From the NCBI RefSeq assembly GCF_018977255.1, contig NW_024704743.1:27964001-28028000 (forward strand): a stretch of DNA of 64,000 bases, in the 5' to 3' direction. Below the pieces are notes generated by a model that was not told the origin of the DNA, made no database searches, and saw nothing but the letters and a program-made list of their open reading frames with translations. Of this stretch, positions 13,621 to 26,655 are shown piece after piece (within the stretch, counting starts at the first letter, position 1; every line of letters begins with the position of its first letter). Position numbers and translations under genes: made by a program. Origin of the DNA: Callorhinchus milii (lineage: Eukaryota).

Positions 13621-14227
13621 ATGTATTTTCTTCATCTGAACCTCACTTGTAGTCTTGGAAAATAAGAGCGCATACTTCCTTGGATGTATCTTCAAATGAG
13701 GAGTAAGCAGTCTCTGAGAGGAAGACGAGCAGTAGTAGATCAAGTGAGTGAGGAAGGGGAACTGTGCAGGAAGCCGGGAAAGTGGGGAGCAGTGGGACTT
13801 GGCAACCAAAAGAGGGGACAAGACCAGAATGGAGATGGGGTGAGAGAGGTAGGTAATGCCAGACACATTTAAGGGATCAAAATATGACATTCAGTGTTAT
13901 CACATTGTCAGATATTCTGCTCCAAGTAATGTTCCATGAAACATCGAATTCTGCTGTCTTTCTGGGAACCAGCACCGAAATATTAAAATCCAGGAGCAGG
14001 AGGTTCAGGTGCGGTAGCTGTTTCATTGATACTGCAAGTGCTTTAGGCCTATAAATTGCATAAGTTTGGTGAAGGGTTTTCACCAATGGCTAAGAATCAA
14101 CTGAATAGCTAGTAATTGCCTGGAGCATTGCCCAGCGTGGAAAGTCCAACATTGTGTTAAGTGTAACTGTTTCACATAATAGTAATAATAATAATAGTAA
14201 TGATATGACGTCTTATCACGCATCAGC

Positions 14228-14600
14228 TCCTGTTAACCCTGCAAGCCAAAGCCCTTATAGGTAGGGTGATCCTTCCTCACTGGACAAGCTGCAGGAAAGC
14301 TTGCCAGACAACAACATCAATGGCAAGCTATGCAGTTTTTGTTGGTTTGACTCCAGTTCTGGGGTCACTCTGAGCTCTGGGTCACCAACGCACACTCTGG
14401 GTTCCCAAACTTTGGCTCTTACCAACCTGAGCCTAATACTTTATGGAATAAGGCAAGCAGGGTGAGGTAGAGGTAGAGAGTGTGCATTGCATTCCAACAA
14501 TCTATCTCTGGGATTTCCAAGCATAGATGGGATGCATGGAATTCTCAGTTTGGTTGGTGATGGGTTTCCAGATGTGTCAGGCATCCGGCTGACCAAAAAA
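14228..14600 (+). repeat. Unclassified interspersed repeat (family X)
   Basis: Clear similarity to 26337-26655 (+), 48270-48750 (-), 16088-16360 (-) and 60325-60480 (+). Confidence 0.8.
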
Positions 14601-16087
14601 AGGATAAAATTTAACCTGTTAGGAAACATTGCAAATTTCACCCTGACTATCTATCAAAACATACGTACTAAGTGCTCCAGGGTGCTACCCCGTATGAAGG
14701 GTGCTACATAAAGGCAAGTTGTTGTTGTTGTACTACAATTTACATTGGTGTAGTGGATTTTATGTCAGGAGATTGACTCAAAGCGTTTCACATTGATGGC
14801 TCGGCAACCAAGCCAGGGTGGGAAGAGATCATCTGTATGATGGGTGGTTTGATTCAACTACATCTGCTCTTTAGCTGAGTTGATATCCACTATCTGCAGT
14901 GGTCTACTCTAGAATTTCTGAACCAGATCTGGAAACATAAGGGATTAAGGTCAAATGTATAAACTGGCATCTTATTCTGTGCCACAACTAAATACGGTCA
15001 GACTAGCTCTTGAATCCAGTGTAGTTGTCCTAAACCAGATGCTCGGGGGGTGGGGGGTGGGGGGCTGTATAGTTACACACTGTGCAGGCCCTCCAGCTGC
15101 CCAGCGTATGCACAAGTCTATCCAGGATAATGTATGGACAATGTAATTAATGGCTTTATCTTTTGGAGAGAGCCAGCAGGTAAAAGCTGTGTTACAGGAT
15201 GAAGAGAATATCAATCTCAGTCCAAGGCTTTAAATCAAAGAAATAAATACAGCCTCCAGACAGCTGTTAGTAAACTGCGGAATGTTGGCCGGTCACTAAC
15301 ATGTACCAGAGACTATAGCTGGCCAGTAAAGGATTAATGAAACATATTTTTGCTGGGCTCTCAATTAGCACCAGATTCTGTTAAACTTGCCACAAACCAT
15401 TTTGAAGTGACAAGACCGGTTTTGGCCAGGAGTATTTTATTGGTATTTTAAATGGATGATAATAAATGGTTTCATAAACAAGGATGTACTGAACCCCTCC
15501 CTCAGACCCCACAACTACATACCGTGTAATCATTTTCATAAAGTGCATGTCCTGATAAGAGTTTTCTTTCAGGTATTTTTGTTTATTTAAAATATAACCA
15601 AAATAATACTTCAGAGGTGCTTTATTTTGCAATTTCCCAACTTCTACACCAGTTTGGCCCATTATTGAATGGAGGCACAGTTTTGACCCAAAATGTAACC
15701 TATAAGTGTATTTTTCCTGCCAGGAATGTGGATCAATAAAACTGGGGATTTAGAGTTATTAGATATTTGACATCTCCCCCCACCCTTCCCCCTCCTCTTC
15801 CAAAAGGAGAAAGAACCTTTAAATGCCAGTCACGTCTGGCTCAGGATCACACAATCCTCCCCAGCACACCAGACCTGGAGCTACTTTCCCATCAACATGC
15901 TATTTTAATAAGAGTGAAAAATTTAACATTCTACTTCTCACCAGTGATATTGTCATTGAAAATACCGTCAATGTAGATGATTCGGCCAATGTCTGTCTAC
16001 AGTTCCATGCACAAGAGAGTGAGAGTTCCATGCATGCTACCCACGCATGGAAATTCCAGAGTAATTGATAGCACTTGTTCGCTGCTT

Positions 16088-16360
16088 GTCAGCTCGGACC
16101 ACCTTACCTATCGGGGGCTTTGGCCTGCAAGGTTAACAGGAGGTGAGTGGGAAGAATCCCTTTCCCCACTGACTAATCTGCCCCTACAAGTCTTGCCGAT
16201 AGACCAGGCTGGCTTTGCTGTTATCAGCAGTGCCCTGGAATACTGTGGACCTGCCTGGCTCAGAAACAGCTCTGCCAAGATCGCCACAGAGTGGGCTCGA
16301 TTCTGACATTCCATTGCCAAGCATGTCACCTGGAGATGGTTCAACTTCAAGGAGAGCCCA
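16088..16360 (-). repeat. Family X, 5' part
   Basis: Aligns with 48540-48745 (cagctcggacca..ggttaacaggag..ccaggctggct..attctgacattcc..gtcacctggag..gttcaa). Confidence 0.75.
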
Positions 16361-17222
16361 CTTACTCTCCTCAAGGAGGAGAGTCATTAGTTGTCATTTA
16401 ACATCCAACCAGCACAGGTTTCAATCCTCTCTAAGTGGATGTAAAAAATGGTTGTCATGAAGCTGTGGATTGGAATATTTCAATGTGTGCAAAATACCAG
16501 CGTAACTCAGCTTTAGTCCCAATTATTTTGACAGATTGGAGTGGAGAGGTTCCCTGTAGCCAGACATCAAAAGAGACATTGATAGGAATGGAATTCTGAT
16601 AATGTAATGATATCATCAGTGTTACATATCACACCACATAGTGCATGTCTCTCCCCTTCCCCTCCTAATTTTTAACTGCAATTTCATAACTACATATAGC
16701 AAATTGTTTGATCCAAATGTTCTTCATTTTTCAGTCAGGTCCAAATCCAAAATGCCTTGGGGCATCCTCCCAATGTGAAAGGCTTCATACAAATGTAATT
16801 TGTTGTTCTTCTTCTTTTTCATTGCATTGAAAAAACAATGGAACAATGCAGTGCTACTTCCAAGTCAGAACTGTGGATGTGGTGTTGAGGCATCCTTGTC
16901 GTTTATGGGAGAAAGAAAATCTAAGGAACAATTATGTTTTTACTACCCCTGTGAAAAAGAGATGGCTGTTCTCTTTGCTCAGCTGCCAGAGATGTAATTG
17001 GATCTTCTACAATGGAACATAAATTGTTTGAACTTTCACAGCTTGGAAGCCGGGATGTTTTTTATTGACCAATAACTCATTGGCAAGCTGATGCAATGGG
17101 AAAAGATAATGCACCTCACTAAAAAATAGATCCAGATTTCTCCTTACGTCATCTTTTTTCTACAAAATACAAACTTTTCAATTCATTCTTATTGAATGCT
17201 CACCTTATTTTTGTCTTTGCAG

Positions 17223-17317
17223 CTCTGGGCCAGATTATGCTGTATGTGGATGGGATGAATGGAGTGATAGGACACAATGAAACCATCCAGTGGCTCTACA
17301 CGCTCATAGGGTCAAAG
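17223..17317 (+). CDS. FHOD3: FHOD3 coding exon (about human exon 6), GBD/FH3 region
   Basis: Splice sites tttgtctttgcag| and AAG|gtaaga; 95 bp, phase 1 to 0. Translates (A)[31 protein letters not shown], closer to recalled FHOD3 ([24 protein letters not shown]) than to FHOD1. Confidence 0.96.
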
Positions 17318-19450
17318 GTAAGAAGAAATAAGAGGTAAACATGAGAGCATCACAAATTTGACAAGTGTCATACTTTATGTATCAACAACACAAAACAGTC
17401 CATTTATTGGTATACACACACAGTGGCGCTCATTATAAGGTGGTAAATGAGAATCATAAAAGGGCCTAAGGGCTTTTACATTCACAGTTCATAAATGCAA
17501 AAGGACTTCAATGGCACTTTAAAAAGCCGACTGGCAAATGTTCAGTATGCAGGAAGTGACTCGACTGTGACCTCATTACCCAGAAGTCGGCCGTTTTGGC
17601 TTCCAAAATGCCAACAGGTTTTGCAAGTGCGGGTGGAACCGACTATTAAATTTTGTATTTTTTTGAATAAGTAAATGTTGTCAGCGACCATCCAACAATT
17701 CAAATGAAGTACCTTGAAAAGGGGATCTACTGTAATGTGTGTGCATCTAATGACGGAATGCATTTTTCCTTTAAAGTTCAACTTCACAGGCTGGTAGATT
17801 AAAGTATGTGGCATTATTCTCCATGTATCTAATTCCTGAATCTTAACAGATCCTGTGGCAAGAAGTCCTGAGAGGAATTATTGAGGGTGAAAAATTAGGC
17901 TTTGAGTATATCTGGGATGCTTTAGATTTTAAGAGCAACTTTAGTAATGTGATGGTCCCTTCCATTATAGTCAAGAAATGATACATGGTTCAGGAAACCT
18001 AAAGATTGCAAAAGAATGGGGGAAGGGTTTATAGAATTCATGAACCAATGGATATAAATGGAATTTGCATGAGAATTACACAAATAAATCCACAAGTGTA
18101 TTGTGATGTTGAGTTGATCTCTTGGATCAATACCAATATCAATACCAGTGCCTGCCTTATTGCTTGGTTCTCAATATGAACAAATTAATATATTTTACAT
18201 TCTGTTCTTGGCAAAAGATCGAATATAAAATGAGATGGACTTACAGTGGTTCTGAGGTGATGCGGAATGTAGTTGGGACATGGCATCATTCAAAGTTTGA
18301 GGTTTTTTTTTACTGTCTCAGAATGGTAATCCATTGGCACCTTTGATTCCTGATATTGTAACAACTGCAGGCCATCTTCATTCAGTGATCCAGGTCTTCA
18401 TTCATTGTGTGGTTCAAGTCTTAATCCCTCCATGGTGTTGCTCCACCCTACCTCTTCAACCTCCCACTTCGGTCAGCGGGCATCGGCATGCTTCATGTCC
18501 CACCCTCCCCTCCGTTTGTATAGTGCAGAATTTTTTCAGTGTGTGGATGAAAGGAAGACAGCTAATAAGGCTATAAAGGGTAGGTTATGTAAAATGCGCA
18601 AAGCAGCACTCATTCCACGCAAGTTGTATCTTAGAGTTTTATCTTGTGGGCTGCATGGTGGATCTGAAGTATACAGTACAGTTGATCTGATATAAGGTTC
18701 GCAAGTGACTAATATTGAACAAACTAGAAACTAAGCGATAGAATTTGTGAGTTTTTCAGGATTCTGCATGCATTAAGAAACACTAGATATCTCCCAGTAG
18801 ATAGAGAACCCTTCACTACGTAAGTGAAATTGTCGCCTTCTAATTCGCTTAACTTTTCAGAAATCATCAAGCATTGGCTGAGTCTTGGCTTTACCTACTG
18901 GTAGTTATGAAACATTCCTTAACTAATATAAGGCAAGATTTTTTTAAAAAATTGGAAATTCTATACACAGAAGTCTGACGAAACTTGAAATATTGTCACA
19001 TTAACAAGAAGACCAATGTTTTAAAGGAAAATAATTTGACTGAAATAATGATAGTCATCCAAACAGGAAATGTTAATCTTCACTCTAGAGGACTACAGGT
19101 CAGCCAACTCATATGAGTAAGTTGTTTTTAACAAAGGAATACTAAAAAAAATAAAGTATTTCAAGCTCTCAATGTTACTTCCAGAAGGCATAATTATATG
19201 AAAACCACTTGAAAATTGCCCTTTACATTTAGTGGCTTGCAGCCATATGCATTAATTATATACATTAGTTTCAGCAGTCAGTATCACAGATTAGAACATG
19301 CTGTTCTGTGATTCATAGATAGTGTAAAAAGGAAAAAAAAAATGTATTCTCATTACTGAAGCTGGTCCACAAAACCAAAGTGCCCGATGAAGATGTGAGG
19401 TTTGAAATGTATCATGTCTAAGCCTTCGTGTTCTGATATTTTAAGTTAGT

Positions 19451-19690
19451 GTCAGCCTGGCTCAGTTGGTGGCACTCACCTCTGAGTCAGAAGGTTGTGG
19501 GTTCAAGCCCCAAGTGGGGACTTGCTCACAAGCTCACAATCTAGGCTGTCCAACTTAGTGCTGGGGAGTGCTGTATTGTCAAAGATGTTGTCCTTTAGAT
19601 TAGATGTTATACACAATGTCCCATCTGCTGTTCAGGTGGACATTAAAGATCTTATGGCACTATGCTCAAAAAGAAAAGGGAATTTCTCAT
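19451..19690 (+). mobile_element. Older Deu-domain SINE (SacSINE1/AmnSINE1-like)
   Basis: Head ggctcagttggtggcactc..ctctgagtcagaaggttgtgggttcaag, then Deu-like gatgtta..gttcaggtggacattaaagatc..atggcacta. Family name is from recall. Confidence 0.75.
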
Positions 19691-19949
19691 GATGTGGAAA
19701 CCAGTTTGCTGCAGTTCTTAAAAGAGCCAGGTTCCAAATGAAGACTGAATAAAAAATTGTCCGCAATTCTGTACAGTCTTAAACGTTGAGACAAAATTAG
19801 CTTACAGACTAAGACAAGATGGAATTTCACATTTCATGTGTTTATCAGAGTTCTTCTCTTGTATCTGTTTGGGTTTGTTTATTGTGCAATAGAGATGATA
19901 TTTCTATTCATAGTATTCTAGATGCTAAATCAGACAATTTACTATAAGC

Positions 19950-20310
19950 TAGTATCAGTTGGTAGCACTCTCGCCTCTGAGTCAGGAGTTTGTAAGTTCA
20001 AGCCCTACGTAAGAACTTTGAATTGATCGTAATTTAGGTTGACACTCAGTTGACACTCCAATGCAGTCGTAATGGTGTGATGCATTGTTGGATGAGATGT
20101 TAAACTGAGATCCTTTATGCCTGTTCAGGTGGATGTTAACATTCCCATGGTACGAATTGAAAAGAGAGAGAGTTTCTCCTGGTGTTCTGACCAACAGTCC
20201 TCCAGCTAAAGTGATTATTCACTCATGGCTGAGTGTGGGACATTGCTGTGTGGAAATTAGCTGTCGCGTTTGACTACAAAATACAGTCACTATACTTTAC
20301 AGTGAATCTC
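19950..20310 (+). mobile_element. Older Deu-domain SINE (SacSINE1-like)
   Basis: Same head and Deu core. Further copies at about 9985-10330 (+), 21300-21470 (+), 28500-28800 (+) and 48912-49195 (-). Confidence 0.75.
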
Positions 20311-23289
20311 CTGTAACCAGTGTGTGTTGTGTAGGCTTTACAGTGAATCTCTTAGAGTTAGTCTTCACATTGATATATGTTTTTTTGCTGTTTGTTTTCT
20401 GATGGGACTAATAATTGTGATGAAATACACAGAGTCAATACGAGCTCAGCCAAAAGCAATGTAGAAGAAAGAGAGTTACCCTCACCATTCCCATGTCTAT
20501 AATCTTTTGCTAGCTGTAAACGTTTCTCCTCTGAGACCTCAGGCTGCATTTGATTCCCAAAAGGCATCACGTTTTGGTGGAAAATAATCTTTTTTCAAAG
20601 ACCTGTTGACTAAGCTCTGAAGACTGAGTGGAATGTCAGTGGATTGATACAACAAGGTTGATTAAAGATTTATATCATACATATTGTTTTAATTTATTTT
20701 TCTTAGCCTCTGTCTGAGTCTAACGCTGCAGGGATAAGTGTGGAGCCTGCACTCCTGACCTCCTGTGCTATAGGCCTGTGGTTCACATCTTGTCGGGAGC
20801 TGTAACACAACATTATTACAGGAAAGCTGGTGATCAAGTCATATACTGAAATGGCAGAATGGTGCAGGGGTTCATCAATATAGGTTCATCCTCTTTCTGC
20901 CGAATAAATATGTGGTAATAATTAACCAGGACCACAAATTGAATCTAATTTGCGAGATTTGCATACTAATTTGTAAATATTGAATTGTGTAGGAAACCAG
21001 ATTTGTCTCTCTCTGGAATTTGGCTCAGGTTCCACTCTCAGTTTTGATTTCCATAAAGCCAAACTGCAGCCAAAGGAGGGTGCTGGAGCCCAGCCGGAGA
21101 TTAGCATACAAACAGAGTTCCACAGAGTTATCCGGCGACACATCAGGGTACCTGCAGTGTTCAATATTTCCAAATACTTCTCACGGATCTCACAAATTAA
21201 ACCCGCATTGTTATTCAGACAAGCCCAACCTGTGCCAAGGCAAAGGAAAATTGTAACTTGAGATGTACTAAATATTATGTCCTAGTCCCAGTGCTAATCT
21301 GAATCAGTTGGTAACATTTTTGTCCCTGAGTCAGAAGGTTATGCGTTCAAAAACTCTACGCTGGGACTTTGAGCTCATTGTCAAGCCTGGCTCTCCAGTA
21401 TAGTCCTTGGGGGAGCACTGCATTAGTGAAGGTCCTGTTCCTCAGATGAGATGTTAAATCTGCTCGAATGGGTTTAATAGACCAAATTCCCTTTTCCTAT
21501 TCCATGCCCCTATGACAATCCTGATACACTCTCAATAGCTGAGTCCACTAATAATAATCCCTACATTTGATATAGTGGCTTTATCTGTCGAGAGGATGTC
21601 TCATAGGCGCTTCACGGGATTTGGAATGCCACAATCCACAAAATGCCTTAAATTTTGACGTTGCTGCAAAATTTTACAAGTTATGTTTTGTGCTCCATGT
21701 AGGTTGTTCGTGTGATTCAGTGCCCTTTACTCAGAAATCCTGCAGGATTCTATCATAATCTTCCAGGTTTCGGAAACAATTCCTGTGGGATTCAATAACA
21801 CAAACTGTAAATCCTCCAGGGTATTTACTTTGTCTTACAGGGACAAGTATTTCTAGATATTTACAAAACCCTGTTGCATTTTTTGGAACGGTTGCTAGTT
21901 GTGATATGCCATGTTAATTATTTGAACATGTGCAGTAGCAATCACACACCAATATGAAAATGAGCAAACTTACTCGTGTTGGTGAATATTTTAAGAAGGG
22001 TGGGGTCAATTTTGTGGAATTTCTCAATAAAGATATCCAGGTGGGGGCTTGATCCAGTACCAAAAATAGGTAACTCCCTTCATGATTGCGTGAGAGAATC
22101 CCGCTTTGAAAATAGATCGAGTTGGAACAACATTCAGCATAATGTTGCTTTAAAGCTGCAATGCAATATTTAAAGCAACATTGAAGAAAGCTAATCCCAG
22201 AGGGCCTATTACAAATTAAAATTGCTTGCTCCAAGGTCATAAAATGCAGCAGTAGAACCTACCATTTGCCTGGAGGGGGAAGGGAACCACCCTCTGCTGG
22301 TGGTCATTAAAGTGTTTGTTAAATAAGTTAAGGAAAGCTACAAGGAAAGCTGCAAAAGTTACCTTTTAATTTCTCAATGTAATAAAAACTGTGAAGAAAT
22401 ACAATAAAATGTATCCTGTTGTGCTTTCATTTGAGCCCTCGCTCATCTGCTTTTTATACCATCACTCCCAACGCCTTAACATTGCCTGATTGAGAGAGCA
22501 GACAGTGCGGCCTTTTCTTGATCGCTCCTGTTGGTGCCATCAGTGTTGGTAGAAGCCCTATAGATAAAACTACCCCTTGTTCAGCGTCTCTAATGGACAA
22601 ACCGGCTGAAGCAGGGGGGAAACCAGCGTATTGTGAGCAACCCACCCATAACCTGTAAATGTTCAGAGGTTGAACATCAGAGATTGAGAAATATACCTTG
22701 CCACCCCTTCCTGCTTTTCATGTGTTCTGAGGTTTAGCAGTCTGCTCTGAAAGTTTGCAGAAAATATTTTTTGCAGATGTCGCATGAAAGGAAAGCTTGA
22801 TCTGTTTGTAAATCTGGGAAAGTCTTTCAGGGTCCAAAGGTTTAGTAAAGCAGCCAATGCAATTTTGCACAGAGCATTTAAAGGCAAGCTAAATTCCAAC
22901 AACAAACATTGAGGTGTACGATGAAAATTGCTAAGTGTTCGTACATTATTTTGATAAATGGTGCTTTGTTTTTCAAAAGCTAACAGGTTAATACTTAATT
23001 TTCCAGCATGACAGGTCATTCCCTTTAATCCACTTGTCATTTAATGGTTTCCAACAACAACTAGCATTTAGCTTCAAAAGATGATCCTGATTTATATGTA
23101 TCGGAATAAAATGCAGACATTAGGTACAAAACGGGTCATTAAAGATATGCGCTGACAGGAAGGCAGTCAGAACAATTATGAAAAAAAGGGTTTAAGTTGG
23201 GGGTTAAATGTGCTAAATATGACTGAAGATTGATTAATGGCAACTCTGAGATGTAAATTGTAATTTCTGTCATCTATAGATTTACATAC

Positions 23290-23680
23290 AATGTGCAGCA
23301 TGGAAACAGGCCATTTGGCCCAACCAGTCCATGTCAGTATTTATGATCCACATGAGTCATACTCTCCTTACTCCTTCCCATACCCTCATATTCCCTTGTA
23401 CCTTGTGTATATCTAGCTTCCCCTTAATTGCGTTCATACAATCTGATTCAACCACCATTTGGGCAGCAAGTTCCACATTCTCACTGCCCTCAGGGTGAAG
23501 TAGTTCCTCCTAAATTCTGTCTTAGATCCCTTTAGTCACTATCTTATACTTGTGTCCCCTGGTAACAGGCTCTCCAACAAGTGGGAACAGCCTATTTATC
23601 TTAACCTTATTTATGTTAACCTTAACCCTTTTATAATTTTGAACACCTCCATTAGGTCCCCTCTTAATTTTTCCACAACA
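23290..23680 (-). mobile_element. CR1-type LINE 3' end
   Basis: 3' UTR-like acagcatggaaacaggccatttggcccaac, followed by ttccacattctcact..ctcagggtgaag (reverse complement encodes a ..RVVRMWN-like motif). Confidence 0.7.
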
Positions 23681-24922
23681 GCTCTGCCATTTATTACCTA
23701 CTGCGTGTCGAAGAATCTTTGCTGAATATCAGTATAACCTGTTTCCACTCACTAGCAGCAGTCACTATTTGCGAATCCAAGAGATACATACTACATTATC
23801 AGCACTGCTGTTTATCAACAGATTTTCCCTCCGCTATCTTCAGTTTGTGAGTTTACTCCCTCCCTTTGTTTGAAGCATGTCAATAAAGTATGTTAAAACC
23901 GTAGCTCAGGTGTTTGTCCAGAATTGTTAAGCCCTTCGGACTTCCTCCTAACATGAAAGGCATTATATAAATGGAAGTTGCATTGTATTATGACTCATAA
24001 TGAATCGGGCTATTCTCACAAAGCAGACCATTGCATGTCTATCTTACACTTGTTAAATTGCTAAATGGAGACCGGCAGAGCAAACCACAGCTCAAACCCA
24101 TTGCTAATGACAAGACAAACGTCAGTGACGTTGGCTAGCTTGGTATGCTGGGGGGATGGGGGGGGTGGCTCAGTATAAATTCTTTCTTGCTGTGGGATTG
24201 AAATGCCATTTGCCTGACAAGGGCTGCACCTGGAAGAGTTGCGCCAGTGCCTGTTGTGGCTGTTGTACTCAAACTAGTCTTTATCAGTTACTCACTGGCG
24301 ATTGCTACTACTGTTTGAACCTGCAGCCCAGCACATGTTTGTTTTGACCAATCTGCTCATAACAACCACAACCATGTTGGAATTTGTCCAATTATGTCAT
24401 GAGATTACAAGCACATTGTAACTACTGGTGCTGCATGACCATTTCTATGTTTTCTACATGACAGCACTGACTTGGTTCCTGGTATCTTGCTATATAAGTT
24501 TTGCCACCAATTCTGTTTTGTCCACTTCTTGACTCTCCTCTCCCTGACATGTGTAACTCCTTTTTTGCTCTCTATTGCTGGACGGTTCCATGGTGCCAAT
24601 CACTCTGTGTCTTGCCTATGTCTAAACATGTACGCACATGCAATTTCCAGCAGGGTTATTAGAATAGAAAGGGAGTCAAACTCTGTATGGAGAGGAGTGT
24701 TGGGGAATGAAAATCAGTGAAATGTTAAAATGTACGGAATTAAAAATGTATTTTTGGACCTTAATAATACGGGTTCTGTTTCCCGTGCGGATGGTGAACA
24801 TGAAATTGATTGCCGAGCAAAGTGAAGTCAAGCATTGCAATTGATTGAATGTGTATCAAATAGCCTGAAAATAAAGTGCACTGAATTGTCAAAGAATGAC
24901 CACAGTCATTGAAGCAATCATT

Positions 24923-25284
24923 TAATAATAATAATCCTTGCATTTGATATAGGGCCTTAACACATCGTTAAGGTGCTTCATAGAATATACTGTAATATGA
25001 ATTGACGTTTATATAGAAACACGGCACCCAATTGTGCACAGCAATGTCCCACAAAAAATTGTGGATTGATAGACCAAATTATTTATTTTTTAGAACGGAT
25101 TATTACCCCCGAAAAGCGATCCGTCAATCGACTAACAACCAGGTTCCTACTGACTGCTAGGTGAAGCGAGAAGTGTATAGTAGGGAAACTTGCCCAAGGT
25201 TTGCCCCCCCCACCTTCTGGGAATTGAATCTTGGTCCTCTCACTTGCAAGGCAAAAGTGCTAATCGCTACCACTATGGATCTCC
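24923..25284 (-). mobile_element. tRNA-Deu SINE, long form
   Basis: Tail, core, central segment and degenerate head in reverse orientation. Confidence 0.88.
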
Positions 25285-26336
25285 ACACAATTAAATGCGG
25301 TGAACAGGCAATTTTTTAAACAAGTGAAGTGTGTTATCTCAAGCACAGGCCAGCAGGTGATGAGGACAGCAAGGCGACAGCCAAAGCCATTCTTATCACA
25401 CATACTAACACAAGAAACAGCAATCCTATCAACACACATAGTGCTGGTATGTGATGTGTAAACAGGCTTTAAACCGTGAACACAAAACCGCAGATTTACT
25501 ACCTTTGGAATTCTTGAATCTGAAGTCATTTAAATTTAGTCAAATCACGACTTGAAGTAACAGCCTGCAGCTTGTCACATTTTACCCTAATAAGCAGGCG
25601 AGCGCCACAATGCTGCTTTGATCATATCAGGATTTATAATCTGCTTGCCATGATAAAATTGAGCACAAGAGTCAAGGAAACCATGCATAACAGGAGTAGC
25701 GATAGTAGTTATAATAACTGGCATAGACTAGGTTATTATTCTTGGTTGTTCTCACTGGAATTTTGATTATAACAAGCAGGCGAGAGAAATCATACAAGTT
25801 AACAAGGCTCGGCTGAAAGGCAGGGATATATTGTGTGGGATGCACGTTTTTCCCTTGCTGGTGCTCTGAGCAGCTATTATTAACAATCTAAATGAATCTT
25901 TGTGAATAAGAGCTCCTCATTCTTGTTGCTTCCAGTGTTGGGTGACCTGATTGTTTATGGCTGGACACTTATAGACCACAGTGCTTGAACTTTCTGAACT
26001 AGCACAAACACCATATTCCTTGCATTTGATATAGAGTATCTATAATAATGAAGCTTTGCAAAGCACTTCACAGGGGATTGCTGTCAATTGAAGTGATTTT
26101 GCATTTGTAGGGAAAAGCTCCAACCAACCTGCACACCAAAGTCCCCAAATTAACCTTGAAATGAGGATTATTGGTCAGGACATCAGGAGAAAGTCCCTTT
26201 TCTTTTTAAAAATAATACTGTGGAATCTTTAACATTCAACCTGTTAATGAGATGAGATGTTAATGTGCATGGCTATCAACTGAGCCAAGCTGAGTATCTA
26301 GAATATATCTATCATTCTCAAATCTTATATGAGAGT

Positions 26337-26655
26337 GGTCCTGGCTGGACAAGCAGCAGGAAAGCTTGTCAGACAGCAATATCAATGGCAAGCTATGCAG
26401 TTTTAGATGGTTAAGCTGCAGCAGTAGCCCACTCTGGGGTCCCCAAACCTTGGCTCTTGCCAACTTGCGCGAAATATTTTCTGGAATTAGATAAGCAGGA
26501 TGTGTCCCTCCCAACTTGAGAGTGCATTCCATTCCAACAATCTATCTCTGGGATTTCCATGTATGGGATGCATGGAAATCTCAGCTTGATTTGGATACTC
26601 TTAAGCATGGTGATGGGTTTCTGAATGTGTCAGACAACCGGCTGACCAAAAAAAA
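26337..26655 (+). repeat. Family X copy
   Basis: ctggacaagcagcaggaaagcttgtcagacagcaatatcaatggcaagctatgcagtttt...ccggctgaccaaaaaaa is shared with 14280-14600. Confidence 0.8.
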